Below the pieces are notes generated by a model. That model was not told the DNA's origin. It was given only the letters and a program-made list of their open reading frames with translations, and made no database searches. From Leptogorgia sarmentosa (lineage: Eukaryota), in assembly GCA_964658305.1 (NCBI GenBank), contig OZ210885.1:17174001-17238000 (forward strand): 64,000 nt of DNA, given 5' to 3'. This document shows, piece by piece, positions 25,312 to 38,448 of this stretch. A program made the translations under genes and the position numbers. Position 1 is the first letter of the stretch, and each line of letters begins with the position of its first letter.

Positions 25312-28300
25312 GATGGTTTATTAACATATTTTCGCACCAAAAGGTGAATTGCAACATGTTTACAATTATTAAGTGAATTTACAATTATCTATACTATAGT
25401 ATATAAGATAAATTAACAATTATATAATTATGTTAAAATAGACAGTTTAAAACATGCATATCTACCAAAATACAATAAGAAGGGAAAGCTAACTAGTATT
25501 AAAAATAGCACACATTGTTGGTATAAAACTGTTTTTATGCCGCTCTGTTCTACAGTTCGGTAAGCAGTAATTTGAATTATTTCTTAACTCTCTGTCATGC
25601 ATGTCTGTGGGAAGAGGGGGTAAAAGATAGTTAAGACAAGAATCAGGTTGTTCGATCTTCTTAAAAGTTTTACAGCAGAGTTCTTGACGTCTAGCAGAGG
25701 AGCTTACATTGGGCGGTGTTAAGGGCATCTTGGTAATCAGCTTCAGGATATATAATACGGAAGGCCCTTTTTTGAACTTTTTCAATTTTGTCTGATAAAT
25801 ACTGTGGTAGCGCAGTATGCCAAACGGGGCAGGCGTATTCCAAGGTTGACCGCACTACGGAAAGATAAACCAGTAAGAGGTCGCTAGGAGGAAGAGCACA
25901 GCGTCGCAGCACACGAATAATATAGAGACATTTTGACGCTTTTTTTACTATTGCTTCTGTATTATCTTGCCATTTTAGCTTATTATTGATTATTACTCCC
26001 AGAACTTTGAATGAGTCAACTAGTTCAAGCGACAATTCATCAACACAAAGTCGTGGAATGGCTGTTTCGTTATGGAGGAAACTGATTATCATCTCTTTAC
26101 ACTTTATATTGTTTAATTTCATATTGTTATTCTTCGTCTAGATTTCAATTACCTCCCGATCTGACTGTAAGTTTGAAATTTCATTTCTATTTACAGTTTC
26201 AGAAATTGTGACATCGTCTACATATTTCCAGTGATCAGTATTAGGAGAAGTCAATTCAAGGTCGTTAATCATTATAATAAAAAGGATAGGTCCAAGTTTA
26301 GTTCCCTGAGGGCGCCTGCGTTAACAAACCCCCATTCGGATTGAGAATTATCAATCTTTACCGATTGCCGGCGGTTTGATAAAAAGTTGCAGATCCACGG
26401 AATGATTGATCTTCTGACACCAAGTGATAATAGTTTTGAAACTAGGATGTTATGGTCAATGCGATCAAAAGCTTTACTGAAGTCGATGAAACAGATCCTC
26501 AAATAATGCGACTGAGCGTCTAATGTCTTTAGCCAATTGTTAATCATATCAATTAAGCACAATGACAGGGAAGTTCCTTTAAGACAGCCAAATTGTTTTG
26601 GATCAATTTTGTGTTTGACGTCATCTATCATCCACTGGACCACAAAGTCTTCGAGAATTTTAGATAAAGAGGCAGTAAGTGAGATTGGGCGCAGTTCGTT
26701 TTCACAGGACACTGGTAGTGCCTTAGGGATTGGTGTGATAAGCGCGTATTTCCAGATATCGGGGAATTCACCCGTGGTCAGGGATGTGTTGAAAATGGAA
26801 CATACACAATCTGCTAATTCGTAGGCAAATTCTTTAATAATTCGGTTAGGGATGTTATCGGCCATTTGATTTAAAACTCTTAATTTTAAGCAATTTAGTA
26901 CACACTTCTTCCAAGGTTATCACTGGTACAGGTTGGGGGGCAGGAAGATAGGCAGGTAACAAAGGAAAGATCCAAGCTAGGAAGATCGTTATTGACGCTT
27001 AGAAAATATGTATTTAGTGATTGGGCTAGGTCTTTACCAGATAAAATCGCGCCATCTTTGACAAAATTAATACTGCTGGGTGTTGATTTCTTTTTTCCAG
27101 TCATCTGATTTACATAATCCCACCACTTTCTGGGATTATTTGATTTAAGATGTTTCACCTTGTTCTCGTAATGCGTACGTTTTTTCAACAGTATGTCCTT
27201 TCGGACCTTCAGTTTGTAGTGACACCAGATTTCTTTGATGCAAGAATGGAAAGCTTTCTGTCTTTGGTCAATAAGTTTTTTCAGTGCAGGTGTCATCCAC
27301 GGTTTATCAGAGTGGTGGATTTTAACCACTTTGGTCGGGAATATTCGGTTAATAGCCGAGTTTAATTCTTTGGTAAAAGCAGATGCTAGCTTTGAAGCAG
27401 AATTAGTTTTTGCAATATCCGTAAACCATTCATGTGAGCTACACCATCTCCCGAAAGCTTGGCATGCTGATAAAGGGAAGCAACGTATTTTCTTCTTAAT
27501 TGATTTATTATTAATTGCTTCTTTGCTCATGTTCGTGGTCCATTTGACAATATTATGGTCTGATGAACCGAGAGGTACCATTGTGACAGGGTTGCAATAG
27601 AGGTTGGTAATAATTAAATCTAAGATGTTTCTTTCACGCGTTGGAGTGTCTATTATTTGTTTAAGGTTATGGTGGCACAAAATGTCACAGATGTTTAGTT
27701 TGTTAAAGTCCCCAATAATTACAACACCACAGTCCGGATGAGTAGACCTAATTCGGTCTAGTTGGTCGACAATATAGGCGGACAGTTCCTTTTGCTCTTG
27801 AATTTGCGTACCGGGTGGATTATACAAAACACAGCATATTAATCCAGTCAGATGCCTTGGGAGCCGACAGGGCCGTAGCCATAGCCATAAGCACTCGAAT
27901 GCTGGGTTTTCAAGGTCTGTTCTTCTTATAACTGGTATATTAGTCGAAACAAAAGCGCAGACACCTCCACCTCGGCCATAAGATCTGTCATTTCGGAAAG
28001 TATTATAATTATTTATATGGATTAGTTGATCGGCTACTTCTTCATTGAGCCACGTTTCTGTGATAGCAACAAAACCTAATGGGTGCATTTGTAGTAAAAG
28101 TGCCAACTCGTCGATTTTAGATAGTAGGGAGCGAGCATTTATTAGGAGGAAGCTCGGCAAGCTTGGAATAGTTGAGCTTCTAGGTTGATTACATAGATTA
28201 TTGATTTGCATTTTGATTAGGTTATGCGTTCTGTTACAGTTTTGTCTGCTAGTATTAGAAACAAGTTCATTATTATACAAGGCGGTATACTGCTGACGTT

Positions 28301-29234
28301 CCTGGTAAGATGTAATTCGAACTGATATGTTACTGCATGTGACAGGAGTCTCTAAGTCTATTGTAGTGCGCGACGGACAAAATTCTTCGAGCACACATAA
28401 CACCTTTCATCTTTGAATTTGCATAAATTTGGTGCATGACTTCCCGCACATCTAAAACATTTTAATCCTTTACTCCCGGTTTGGGACAATTGAGTCTTAC
28501 TTCGATCAACAAATTTACCTCGAAAATCTTGAGTGTTTTTGTCTGCAATTTCCATAGCCTGTGCTAATTCACTTGCTCGCTGAAACGTTAAATCCGGCAC
28601 AGACAATAGTTTTTTTTAATCGCTCCGTCTCGCAGTCCGCACACGAACCGATCTCTTAAAGATTCACTTAAGAAATCCCCAAAGTCACACGTAGATGCCA
28701 ATTTTCTAAGTTCTACAATATATCGTGCAGTCGACTCACCTTCCTTCTGATAACGACGATGGAATTTAAAACGCTCGGCAATCACCGACGGTTTAGGATT
28801 GAAATGACTTTTTAGAGTACTAACCAATTCTGCAAAACTCTTTGACTTTGGATTTTCTGGAGCCAATAGACTCTTCAACAGCCCATATGTCGGCGCCCCA
28901 ATGACGGTAAGCAGTACTGCGACTTGCTTTTCTTCCGCAATGTCATTAGCTTCGAAGAATTGTTCGACACGCTCGATATAGCATTGAAACTCTTCCCGGC
29001 CTTCAACATATTCTCCAATCTGGCCGATAGTTGCCATTGCTTGCCACCGCACTCAAAATTCGTCTTCTTCGTTAGACAGATCCCATCCTTGTCGCCACTG
29101 TAATATTCTTAACTTTTATTCACAAGGTCTAGATCTATCTGTACAAGCTTCACCCAACAGGGTTTAAATACCGCCATTCCTAATTATCATATCCTACTTA
29201 ATATATTCAATTATTACCTATTACGTATACTACA
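22631..29234 (-). mobile_element. Gypsy (Mag-like) LTR retrotransposon with both LTRs, disrupted
   Basis: 136-bp LTRs at 22631-22766 and 29099-29234 (3 differences seen). TSD GTTAG on both sides. PBS TGGCGACAAGGATGGGAT; PPT AAAAAAGGGGGAAAG. gag 29052-28385 with CCHC knuckle; RT/RNase H/integrase 25281-22958 (LPFG, LDD, TDAS, ADALSR, HPG...CNAC, SDNG, NGAAER). Confidence 0.93.
25282..28380 (-). mobile_element. Non-LTR retrotransposon (CR1/L2-group LINE) ORF2 nested in the Gypsy
   Basis: APE endonuclease (NARSL, ITETWL, GGGV, GDFN, LDL, SDH) and RT (RPISLT, DFSKAFD, YVDD at ~26215-26226, LEYACPVW). The 3' end has a (TTA)n/(TAA)n tail at 25282-25310. Frameshifted. Confidence 0.9.
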
Positions 29235-29643
29235 GTTAGTAACAGTGATATATGAAGAAGCAACCTTGTTTTTTTGAGCCATTGACGATGTGGCATTTAA
29301 TTTATCAAGGTTGGTTAAATGTGGTGAAATTTTGCTATATTTTAACCAACTTCTCTAACACCCTTCATAACAGTGATATATGAAGAAGCAACCTTGTTTT
29401 TTTGAGTCATTGACGATGTGGCGTTTAATTTATCAAGGTTGGTTAAATGTGGTGAAATTTTGCTATATTTTAACCAACTTCTCTAACACCGTTCATAACA
29501 GTGATATATGAAGAAGCAACCTTGTTTTCTTGAGTCATTGACGATGTGGCGTTTAATTTATCAAGGTTGGTTAAATGTGGTGAAATTTTGCTATAATTTA
29601 ACCAACTTCTCTAACACCCTTCATAACAGTGTCAGATTGATGA

Positions 29644-29826
29644 TCCCTTTGGTAACCTGACATGGTTACCAAAGGGAGCGGAGGTGCTCCCTTTGGTAAC
29701 CTGTACTCCCTAATGTAAACTCGGTGCTCCCTTTGGTAACCTTGCATGGTTACCAAAGGGAGCGGAGGTGCTCCCTTTGGTAACATGTGCTCCCTTATGT
29801 AACCTAGCATGCTCCCTTTGGTAACT
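29644..29826. repeat. Cluster of CTCCCTTTGGTAAC motifs in both orientations
   Basis: Five forward copies (~29644, 29687, 29727, 29771, 29812), two degenerate copies and two reverse copies (GTTACCAAAGGGAG at ~29665 and 29749), forming two hairpins. Confidence 0.8.
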
Positions 29827-30290
29827 TATGCTCCTGATGTTCCTTCTGAACCCTAATGTAGCCTTACATGCTTCAAAACGAATAAGTATTTTTAAAATGG
29901 AATTTTCGGCATTTCTACGGTTCATGCATCTGCGCGCACACAGATCTTCCATAAAATGTTTTTTTTCATCATAATAGCGGTATTAGACGTTTAACTATGC
30001 TGGAATTCATTGTTTTCCGGGTTGGTTTAAACATGTATGATTATGAAGTCTATCAACATTTTAACTTCTGGCTTTTAGATTAATACCAGCCTGGTATTCA
30101 TTTCAAAGGTAAACAAAGTGTATTATTTGCTGGTGTATTGTTAGGTTAAGACTTTGTGACTGTTAGAAAGTTCAAATAACAGCCTAAATAGATAGTAATG
30201 CTGACCATCTTTGTGATATAATACTGTATGAGTTGCACTGCATTTTTGTCTTAACACTGACTTTGCACATGTATGAACTGTGATATAATA

Positions 30291-30658
30291 AACAATTATT
30301 GAATGAGGTCGAGTAGGATATGAAGAATTATTAAGGGCGAGGTTTGTGTTATTTGTCGAAGCCGAAGGCTGAGGCAAATAACACAAACTGAGGCCTTAAT
30401 TATTCAGCATATCCTACGAGAACCGAATTCAATAATTGTTTTATTATTTATTTGTATATTAATCAGACTTAGGGTAAATGCATTGTACACAAGAACCTTG
30501 TTTGAGAAAGCCATTTGTATTTTTCAGCTTTTAGCATAAGCAGCATAAATTAGTCGACGTCATAATGTCATATAATTACGTCATAATGTTGTATATGAGG
30601 ATTTAATGCACTGCTCTTAACCAATCAAAACTCTTGAATTATTTGAAATAAATAATAA
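30291..30658 (-). mobile_element. Non-autonomous derivative of the Crypton family found at 38449-40384
   Basis: 30545-30658 is the reverse complement of the Crypton left end (38449-38545). 30291-30460 carries the same long terminal hairpin as 40250-40387. No coding sequence. Confidence 0.85.
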
Positions 30659-31282
30659 CAACAAGTTATTGGACACGAAATTTGTGTCCAGAATATAAAC
30701 ACCATATAACAAACCTGTAATTTAGTAAGCATGAAGGCAAACACAATCTTGCTTGCCATTGCCAATTCATAATTTTAATGCTCAATGTGTAATGTATGTA
30801 CATTTTACAATACATTGGTTGTAGAGACACCAGAAAATCCCACTTAATATAAATATGCAATGCTTGATGTGATTAAAAGGAACTACCATAACACAATTGC
30901 CCCTTCAAAATAATTTCAATTTCCAACCCAAATAAAACACAACTAAGAAACACAGTAATAAAAGTATTTACAAGAATTAACATATAGTCATTTGTGTCCA
31001 GAGTATAAACATCATCCCCGCACAAGACAATATGAGATCGGTTATTTACAAATTAATCAGTCGGCAGAACACCAATTAACGTTCTAGCACCGGCCTTATA
31101 ATAATTGACCAATCTTTGGCATGCCCAAAATTTAGGGTTGTTCAAATTCAATTTGGTTTTATAATATTACACTTACTGGTGTCTTATGCTACAATTTTTC
31201 AAATCTCTGGTTTGTACCACTGATGATGAACCTGAAACTGTAATACTACAGGTAATTTAATTTCAAAAATTTGTCATCTGAG

Positions 31283-31414
31283 AGTTAACAAGGTCTATCT
31301 GCATTCTGAGTAGTTGGGAGAAGATCATTTCTGAACTTTCCAAATCTCAAACCACAGTTGTCTACTAAAATTAATAACTCCCAACTACTCAGAATGCAGA
31401 TAGACCTTGTTAAC
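31283..31414. repeat. Short palindromic MITE-like element
   Basis: GTTAACAAGGTCTATCTGCATTCTGAGTAGTTGGGAG ... CTCCCAACTACTCAGAATGCAGATAGACCTTGTTAAC, perfect 37-bp arms. Confidence 0.7.
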
Positions 31415-34118
31415 CATTAGCGGACGAATTGTAAACAAGTCGACCATGCCAAAAATTGATCATTTTTTCCTTTTTCTTATAGTATTACTTCTAGCAAGTA
31501 CCTTCCTCTCTATTCGGACCTTGTCAGCTAGTTGGCAATAGGTACGCTGCTTCCATAGCTGGCACAGTTTTGGTTCACCCATAATTTTTTGATGAAGTAC
31601 TTTCCTAGTAATGTTCTGTGATGATCGAATGAGATGGTAAAATGTTTTTCTAAACAGCTCATTCTCTGCTTGGCTCAATACAGTCCGCCTGCCATCTTTG
31701 GTTGACAAAGTAGTTGGAGATACCATACTAGGTGACCCAGTGCTTTCCTGATCTTCATCAGCATCAACACCACTTCCATCCCCTTCAACATCAGAATCTA
31801 GAAAGTGGTTAAATACAGTTACAGGACATTATACAATACTTAGATTAATTTATACTGTACAGTACATTCCTGACCTCTACCACATCATTTCAAGACCAAT
31901 TTTGTGGTTACTTATGCAGGTTAAGGAGTAGTCAGAACACAGATTGGAGAAATATTTAAACAGGGGCGCATTTGGTGCCAGTTGTACACTATTCCTGGCC
32001 AATTTCTATAATTTAAAAGGATAATATAAAATAATTTATACCTGCATTTTCTTTGGGTGCCTCTATACCAAACCGTGCTAATTGTTCTGTCTTGGTTTCA
32101 CGCTCAGCAGGCAATTCTAACGTTTCTCGTTCTCTATTGCTGAAATAAGAGCGGACTTTGTCCCTGATTTTGATGGGGCATATGTCACACAGCAATGGGT
32201 CTTCTTTTGCAATTGTCCTTACATCTGCTAGTGTGATGCATCTGTGTGTGATCTGGGCACTGAAAGCATGTTCTAATGCGGTGACTTCCTCACATGTCCA
32301 TTTGTGCCTTCCAGACGGTGGTTCTGTTGTATTTCTTGATCGCTTCGATGTTCCTGCACTTTCACCACTAGAACCAGGAGCTGCCCTCTGTCTTTTGGGT
32401 GACGGTCGCATGATTTTTGTGACCTGCTGTGACGTCTTCACAGCTGTTTTCCCCTTGTTTTTTAACAGATAGTAATGATCTGCAGTTGCCCTCTTGTGCA
32501 CCATCAAGTTTGCAAGATCTCCCCTCAAATCTTCATTTTTTTTCATGCACAGCTGAAACAACTGCTTTTCTAAAAGCAGTTGCTCCCTCAACTGAACACT
32601 TCTTGCCAAATACTTTTTTCCATGATGACTTCATTTGGGCACCAACGCAAGATGAGCTCATTGGAGCTGTGTTCCAAGTTAAAAATACAGTAGTGTTGGC
32701 ATCAGTGGAAACACCTGCAAGTTGATTCCGGAATCTGGCAATGTAGATCTTCACATACTGGAACAACGTGGATGTAAACACAAGGTCGACAGGGCCATGA
32801 GTTGTAAATGTTTTATGATTTTTAACTCTCACGACAAAAGATCCATCTTCCTCAGATGCGTTTTCGAATTCGCGCAGAGTCATGTTGGCCAATGTTCCTG
32901 ACCGACAGCCATTATTAATACATAACACAGTCAAAATATAGTCACGGACCAAACTATAGTCAGACTGGTCCAACAACACTTGAGATTGCTCATTGTAGTT
33001 TCCAAGGAGCTTCACTGCTTTTCTGGCAACATCAGACCTTCACTGCTTTTCTGGCAACATCAGACCTTTCATTCTGGCTGACTTGCTCTGGTGTTATCAC
33101 TTTGTCCAAGTCCTTCATTCGTTTCTCCCAGAAGCGCTCCTTTCCCTTCTTCCTGTATGACTTTGCCCACAGCTTCATTTGATCCAACAGACTTGTCAAC
33201 ACGTCAGCTGTAACACCAACATCTACTTCCTCACATTTTAAAAAAATGTAGAACTGCTGCAAGCCACCAAGATAAGATCGAACAGTTCCAGGCCGTCTTT
33301 TTTTGTCGAAAATAGTGAGCCATTTGTCACGTAATACCCCCTTGTTGAGAATATTTTTGAGGTCAGTATTCTCTCCATCAATGAACTGCAACACCAATTG
33401 CACTTGTCTGCGACACAGGAGAGAACATTTGTCGTCTTTTTGGCCTCCATCAGGACCTTTCAGCCAGGCTTCAAATCTGACAAACAAGTCTGGAATGTCT
33501 ATGTCCAAACTAGTATGCCCATCATTCATAACATCATCACCATCAACATCCTCATCAACATCCTCATCAACATCCTCATCAACATCCTCATCAACATCCT
33601 CATCAACATCCTCATCACCATCAACATCCTCATCACCATCAACATCCTCATCACCATCCACATCCTCATCACCATCCACATCACCATCATCACCATCCAT
33701 ATCACCATCCACATCACCATCATCACCATCATCACTTGCCCCTTTCCAGTTTCTGTCATCATTTGACAAGTTAGGACTATGGCTTCTGGAATGTTCAATA
33801 TCTTCTTCCCCATTCCCATTATCTCCACTGTCCTCACTACTCATGTATACTTTGCCAAACAAGCTTCGAATGTGGGATTTTTTTTATTTACATCGTTGTG
33901 GCTTGAATGACTCTGCTGACGAAACCACACTATTGTCACCGTCACTTGACTCTTCTGCCATTAGCCGTATTTATATTAGGGGACAGTTTTCCGTCTGAGA
34001 CGAAAAACCCGTCTGACGGATTTTTGTCTGATATAAATTTAAGACAGAAAACCATGATCGACAAACACGCGAAAATTCGACTTGAGGACTAAGGCGAGTT
34101 GCTTGCTAGATTTTCAAA

Positions 34119-35079
34119 ATGGCGTCTATAAATAACATGACTCTTTCCAGAATTATTTCCACTAAATCTAAGCGAAAAGCTGCAGATGAGTTTGTGATGC
34201 AACACTTCAAATCGAGAAGCATGTGCTACAAAAAACTAAGAAGTTCAGTCATCAAAGACGATGGGCAACTCCAAAAGTCAGCTGCAGCAGTTGTTTGTTG
34301 TTTTCCAAAAGAGAGAAAGCCCAAAGGTCCGATAGAGGAAAGAAACAGTCAGTGGTGGGAGTATGGGTATCGCAATTGGACTAACAATCAATTTAAGAAG
34401 AGACTGAGGGTGACTAGAGATATGTTTGACGACATGTTACAATTAATGAGAGAACTACTTTTAAAGGAAACAACTAAATTCAAAGAGCCTGTTTCCCCAG
34501 AATGTCAACTAGGACTAACTCTTTATAGACTAGCACATGGGTGTTCTTACATTACAGTAGGTGATCTTTTTGGGATTGCACCATGTACTGCTTGCAAAAT
34601 TTTCAATGAAGTAGTTCGCCTGATCGTCCGGAAAAGTGATTCCAAATAAAGTTCTTATTTTACCAAACTATGGTGAAATTCCATTAGCAATGGTGGGAGA
34701 CAGTGCGTTCCCTGCCCGTTCTTGGCTTTTAAAAGCTTACCCAGATACAACAAAGGACAAAAAGGAGAAGTACTTTAATACAAAACTAAGATCAGCATGA
34801 GTTGTTTCAGAACATGCTTATGGCATGCTGAAAGGACGGTGGCGTATAACACACAAGAAGATGGAGTGTCGCAAGCGGAATGCTACATCTGTTATCATGG
34901 CTTGTATTGCATTACACAACTTGTGTATCAAGCGCCACGATCCATGCCTTCCTCGTTGGCAACTCAAAGTAAAAAAGCTGCAATTAATCCGAAAACCAAC
35001 CAAGCGAGTAACAGACAAAAAACTGTTTGAGACAATTCGAGTAAGACTCACCAAGTGGTTATGGTCTTTGAGATCTTGA
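34119..35079 (+). pseudogene. Harbinger-type DDE nuclease, internally deleted
   Basis: FKKRLRVTRDMF, LGLTLYRLAHG..Y..VGDLFG (HTH), GDSAFP, FNTKL, SEHAYGMLKGRWR, ACIALHN. The segment carrying the first catalytic Asp is missing at ~34630. Confidence 0.85.
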
Positions 35080-35800
35080 AAAATGTATAAATAGCCTTGC
35101 CAACTGGCAGTTCATATGTACTTTAAATTAATACTTTGAAGAAGCTGTAACCATTAACAATTAACAATATGGGAGAATCAAGGGTACAATTAATATAGCA
35201 ATTTTCCATTTTTGTTTTCATCAATCTCTTCATTAAATGTTTGTATTTGTCCCAATTAATTAAATTGCCCAGTCCTCTTCCATAATAGAGGTGAAATTAC
35301 TTGGGATGTGTTTTGTTAAAAATGTGATGAAGAAAAAGCAATTGCTTCTGCAATCCCTAAAAGTGTAGTCTTTTACATCGTTGGGTGAACAAAGTTGCCA
35401 AGATATGCTAAGATTCACCAGTCAAATCCCTGAGCAGAGGTTATTTAGTGGTTTTCAAAAAGGTCAATTCTTCCTTTTTAGCAAAATAATAATTTATAAA
35501 CTGCTAAAATTAATTACTAGCAGACAATTGGAGTTGAACTATCACCACAAGATTCAAAAGGCTTGCAGAAAGAAAAACAATTGAACAACATGATTTTATT
35601 CAAACAATATGAAATAATTACATCATACCATAATATAAAAGTGACCTTTGATGTCACATGAAATATTGTAGGCAAACTTGTAGCCAATTGTAGCTAAAGG
35701 CAAACATTGTCAACACAACTTTGTTTGGAAAATCAACTGCACATACAAAAGAACCCAAATTTTCTACTATCAGTACCTATGTAGCAATGCACGCTTCCAG

Positions 35801-36940
35801 TTAGAGCTGATGATATCTATAATTTGCATCCTGTATATCTTGACCAGAAGATGTGCATGCTGGATCAAGAGTATTCCATGGATTACCTGAACTTGATAGT
35901 GGCAAATCATTGGGAAATGGATTTCTGTAATTTCCACATTGCATATTCATAGTTGAGGGCCTTGGCTGCATGAGAAGTTGAGCCATTAACAACTCATGTT
36001 TTCTGTTTGCTTCTGCCTGTTCTCTTTGATAAGTTAGAAACATCTCATCACGTTTTCGATCAGCTTCCAAAAGTGCTTTAAGCCGAACAGCTTTATTCTG
36101 CTCTTGTTGAACAGTGCTGTTGTCAATACTCTTAGCAACTAGAGCCATAGCCTCACTTTGTGATTTGGGTTTTGAATTTCTTCTTGAATGAAACTTTATG
36201 TTTGTCTTCTTTGGACTTCTTTTAGTTAGTACCTTGGCTTTATTACTAGCTGTGCTTGATTGAGCAGACTCTTCAGATTCCTCCATGTCATCAACATAGG
36301 ATAAAGCCTTAGCAGTGTTGGAAGCAATGCTGCTTTTTGTGGAAGTATCTTACATTTCACCAGATGTATTAATAAGATGACCAGTGTCCAGTTCAAAACT
36401 GTTATCTAAACTATTATTAGTTGCTTCCGAATCACTGTCGTCACTTTTTGATCGGTCTCCATCACTATTACGAAGATCATTTGCCTTGGTTAGTATAGAT
36501 GTCATATCATCGACTGCTTGACAGAAATGAGGATTGAGAACATCATACCAACTTGGTGTGATTGTGTCCTTCCCTCCAAGTCCCGTGCCAGATTTTATTT
36601 TATGATCAATTCGACGCCACTCTTTCTTGAACCATTTATATTTTGTACGCAATTGATCAATAGTAAATCTATACTCAGCAGAATCCTCTTCTAAAGCCTC
36701 TTCAAATTCCTCTTGAATTTTTATAAACAGTTCTTCATTTGCATGCTTTTTTAATGCGTAATTTTCCAGCTGATATAACCAAGAATGTTCTTGAGTGTCC
36801 GTATTAGCTAACACACGAGCATATAAATTCATTTCGTCGTCTGACCAGACTTTGTTTTTCTTGTTTGCTGGCAGCCCATTCACCTTTTTCTTCGTATTTA
36901 CTGCAGTATTTTCCCCCCGTACTCTCTTCCTGGCCGACAT
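35801..36940 (-). pseudogene. Harbinger Myb/SANT-like DNA-binding protein (one in-frame stop at ~36350)
   Basis: WSDDE...FTIDQLRTKYKWFKKEWR...SGTG...WYDVL. The two ORFs are in the same frame, 21 codons apart. Confidence 0.8.
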
Positions 36941-38448
36941 GTTGTATCCCAGTGTGCATTGTGAACTTCTAATTACCAGTCTCTTCTCAAAGTTGTCAGC
37001 TATAATCCGTCTTGTTTGTTTGTCTGATATAAATTTAAGACGGGTTTTCCGACGAAGACGGAAAGTTCGTCCGACTTCTCCGTCGTTTGGACGAAAAAGT
37101 TGGACGGAAAATTTCAGACGGAGTACCCGTCTGTTACCGAATTTATATTAAGACGAATTACCCGTCTGAGACGAGTTTTTCGTCTCAAACGGAAATCCGT
37201 CCCCTAATATAAATTTGGCTATTGATTCTGCTGACGTTGCAGGGGGATAATGCCTAATTGCAGCAGCCAGAAGCCTTTTGTATTGTGAGGTTCCCTTTTC
37301 ATATTTATGGACTTGGATTAGGTGGTTGTGAATACGTTTCACAACTGACGTACATTCTGGGACAGGGCAGATTATGCTCTTGTATACTTGTTTAGGTTTG
37401 TCTGATCTTTTTGTGTGGCTTTTTCTCAAGTCAAACGAGCACAACACCTTACTGGCTTTCCTTGGGGTCCATCCATGGCATTTCCTCATATGGCGTGGCA
37501 AATGGACCACCTCAGCGGAACATGATGGCATTGGGCAACAATGCTTCTTTCTTTGTTTTTTCTTTTCACCAGGAATCTAGAATTAAAAAAGTTGCATAGT
37601 TAGCAAAATGAAGGACATGTGGATTTGACAGATTGAGTATTTTAGAGAACATTATTGGTCTAGTATTTGCCTTAATTTAGAGAACATTATTGGTCTAGCA
37701 TTGGCCTTAATTTAGAGAACATTATTGGTCTAGTATTGGCCTTACTTTAGAGAACATTATTCGTCTAGTATTGGCCTTAATTTAGAGACCATTATTGGTC
37801 TAGTATTGGCCTTAATTTAGAGAACATTATTGGTCTAGTATTGGCCTTATTTTAGAGAAGATTATTGTCTAATATTGGCCTAATTTTAGAGAACATTATT
37901 GGTCTAGTATTGGTCTTAATTTAGAAAACATTATTGCCTAATTGGCCTTATTTTAGAGAACATTATTGGTCTAGTATTGGCCTTATTTTAGAGAAGATTA
38001 TTGGTCTAGTATTGGCCTTATTTTAGAGAACATTATTGGTCTAGTATTGGCCTTATTTTAGAGAACATTATTGGTCTAGTATTGGCCTTAATTTAGAGAC
38101 CATTATTGGTCTAGTATTGGCCTTATTTTAGAGATGATTATTGTCTAATATTGGCCAAATTTTAGAGAACATTATTGGTCTAGTATTGGTCTAGTATTGG
38201 TCTAGTATTGGCCTTATTTTAGAGAACATTATTGGTCTAGTATTGGCATTATTTTAGAGAACATTATTGGTCTAGTATTGGCCTTATTTTAGAGAACATT
38301 ATTGGTCTAGTATTGGCCTTAATTTAGAGAACATTATTGGTCTAGTATTGGCCTTATTTTAGAGAACATTATTGGTCTAGTATTGGCCTTAATTTAGAGA
38401 ACATTATTGGCCTAGTATTGGCCATATTTTAGAGAACATTATTGTCTA

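Larger units (their letters stand above)
22535..29630. repeat. 128-bp tandem repeat (about 4 copies) split by a Gypsy insertion
   Basis: AACAGTG unit marker at 29241, 29369, 29497 and 29625 (period 128). A partial copy at 22535-22630 continues across the LTR element. Confidence 0.85.
33963..37220 (+). mobile_element. PIF/Harbinger-superfamily (PHIS) DNA transposon with two convergent genes
   Basis: TIRs AGCCGTATTTATATTAGGGGAC...TTCCGTCTGAGACGAAAAA / TTTTTCGTCTCAAACGGAAA...GTCCCCTAATATAAATTTGGCT. 3-bp TSD ATT at 33960-33962 and 37221-37223. Confidence 0.9.
31460..37576 (-). pseudogene. Spliced tyrosine-recombinase gene: two C2H2-like zinc fingers, acidic tract, YR domain and two Myb/SANT-like domains; split by a PHIS/Harbinger insertion
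   Basis: Acceptor at 37576; CPMPSC...RHMRKCH and CPVPEC...NHLIQVH; the frame continues across the excised insertion (SAESMAEESSD). Then a D/E tract, RPGTVRSYL, and YR motifs NNGCRSG, VKNHKT, ATAFRK, LANLMVHKRATADHYY. Then HKWTCEEVTAL...IRDKVR, an in-phase intron 32041-31798, and a last exon LSQAENELF...LADKVR. Frameshifts at ~33885, ~33040 (tandem duplication) and ~32540. Confidence 0.75.

Noticed and set aside
33303..33998. Ser/Thr-rich, ILIN-rich and Met-rich ORFs
   Set aside because: They are alternative frames of the GAT/GAG acidic tract in the YR gene.
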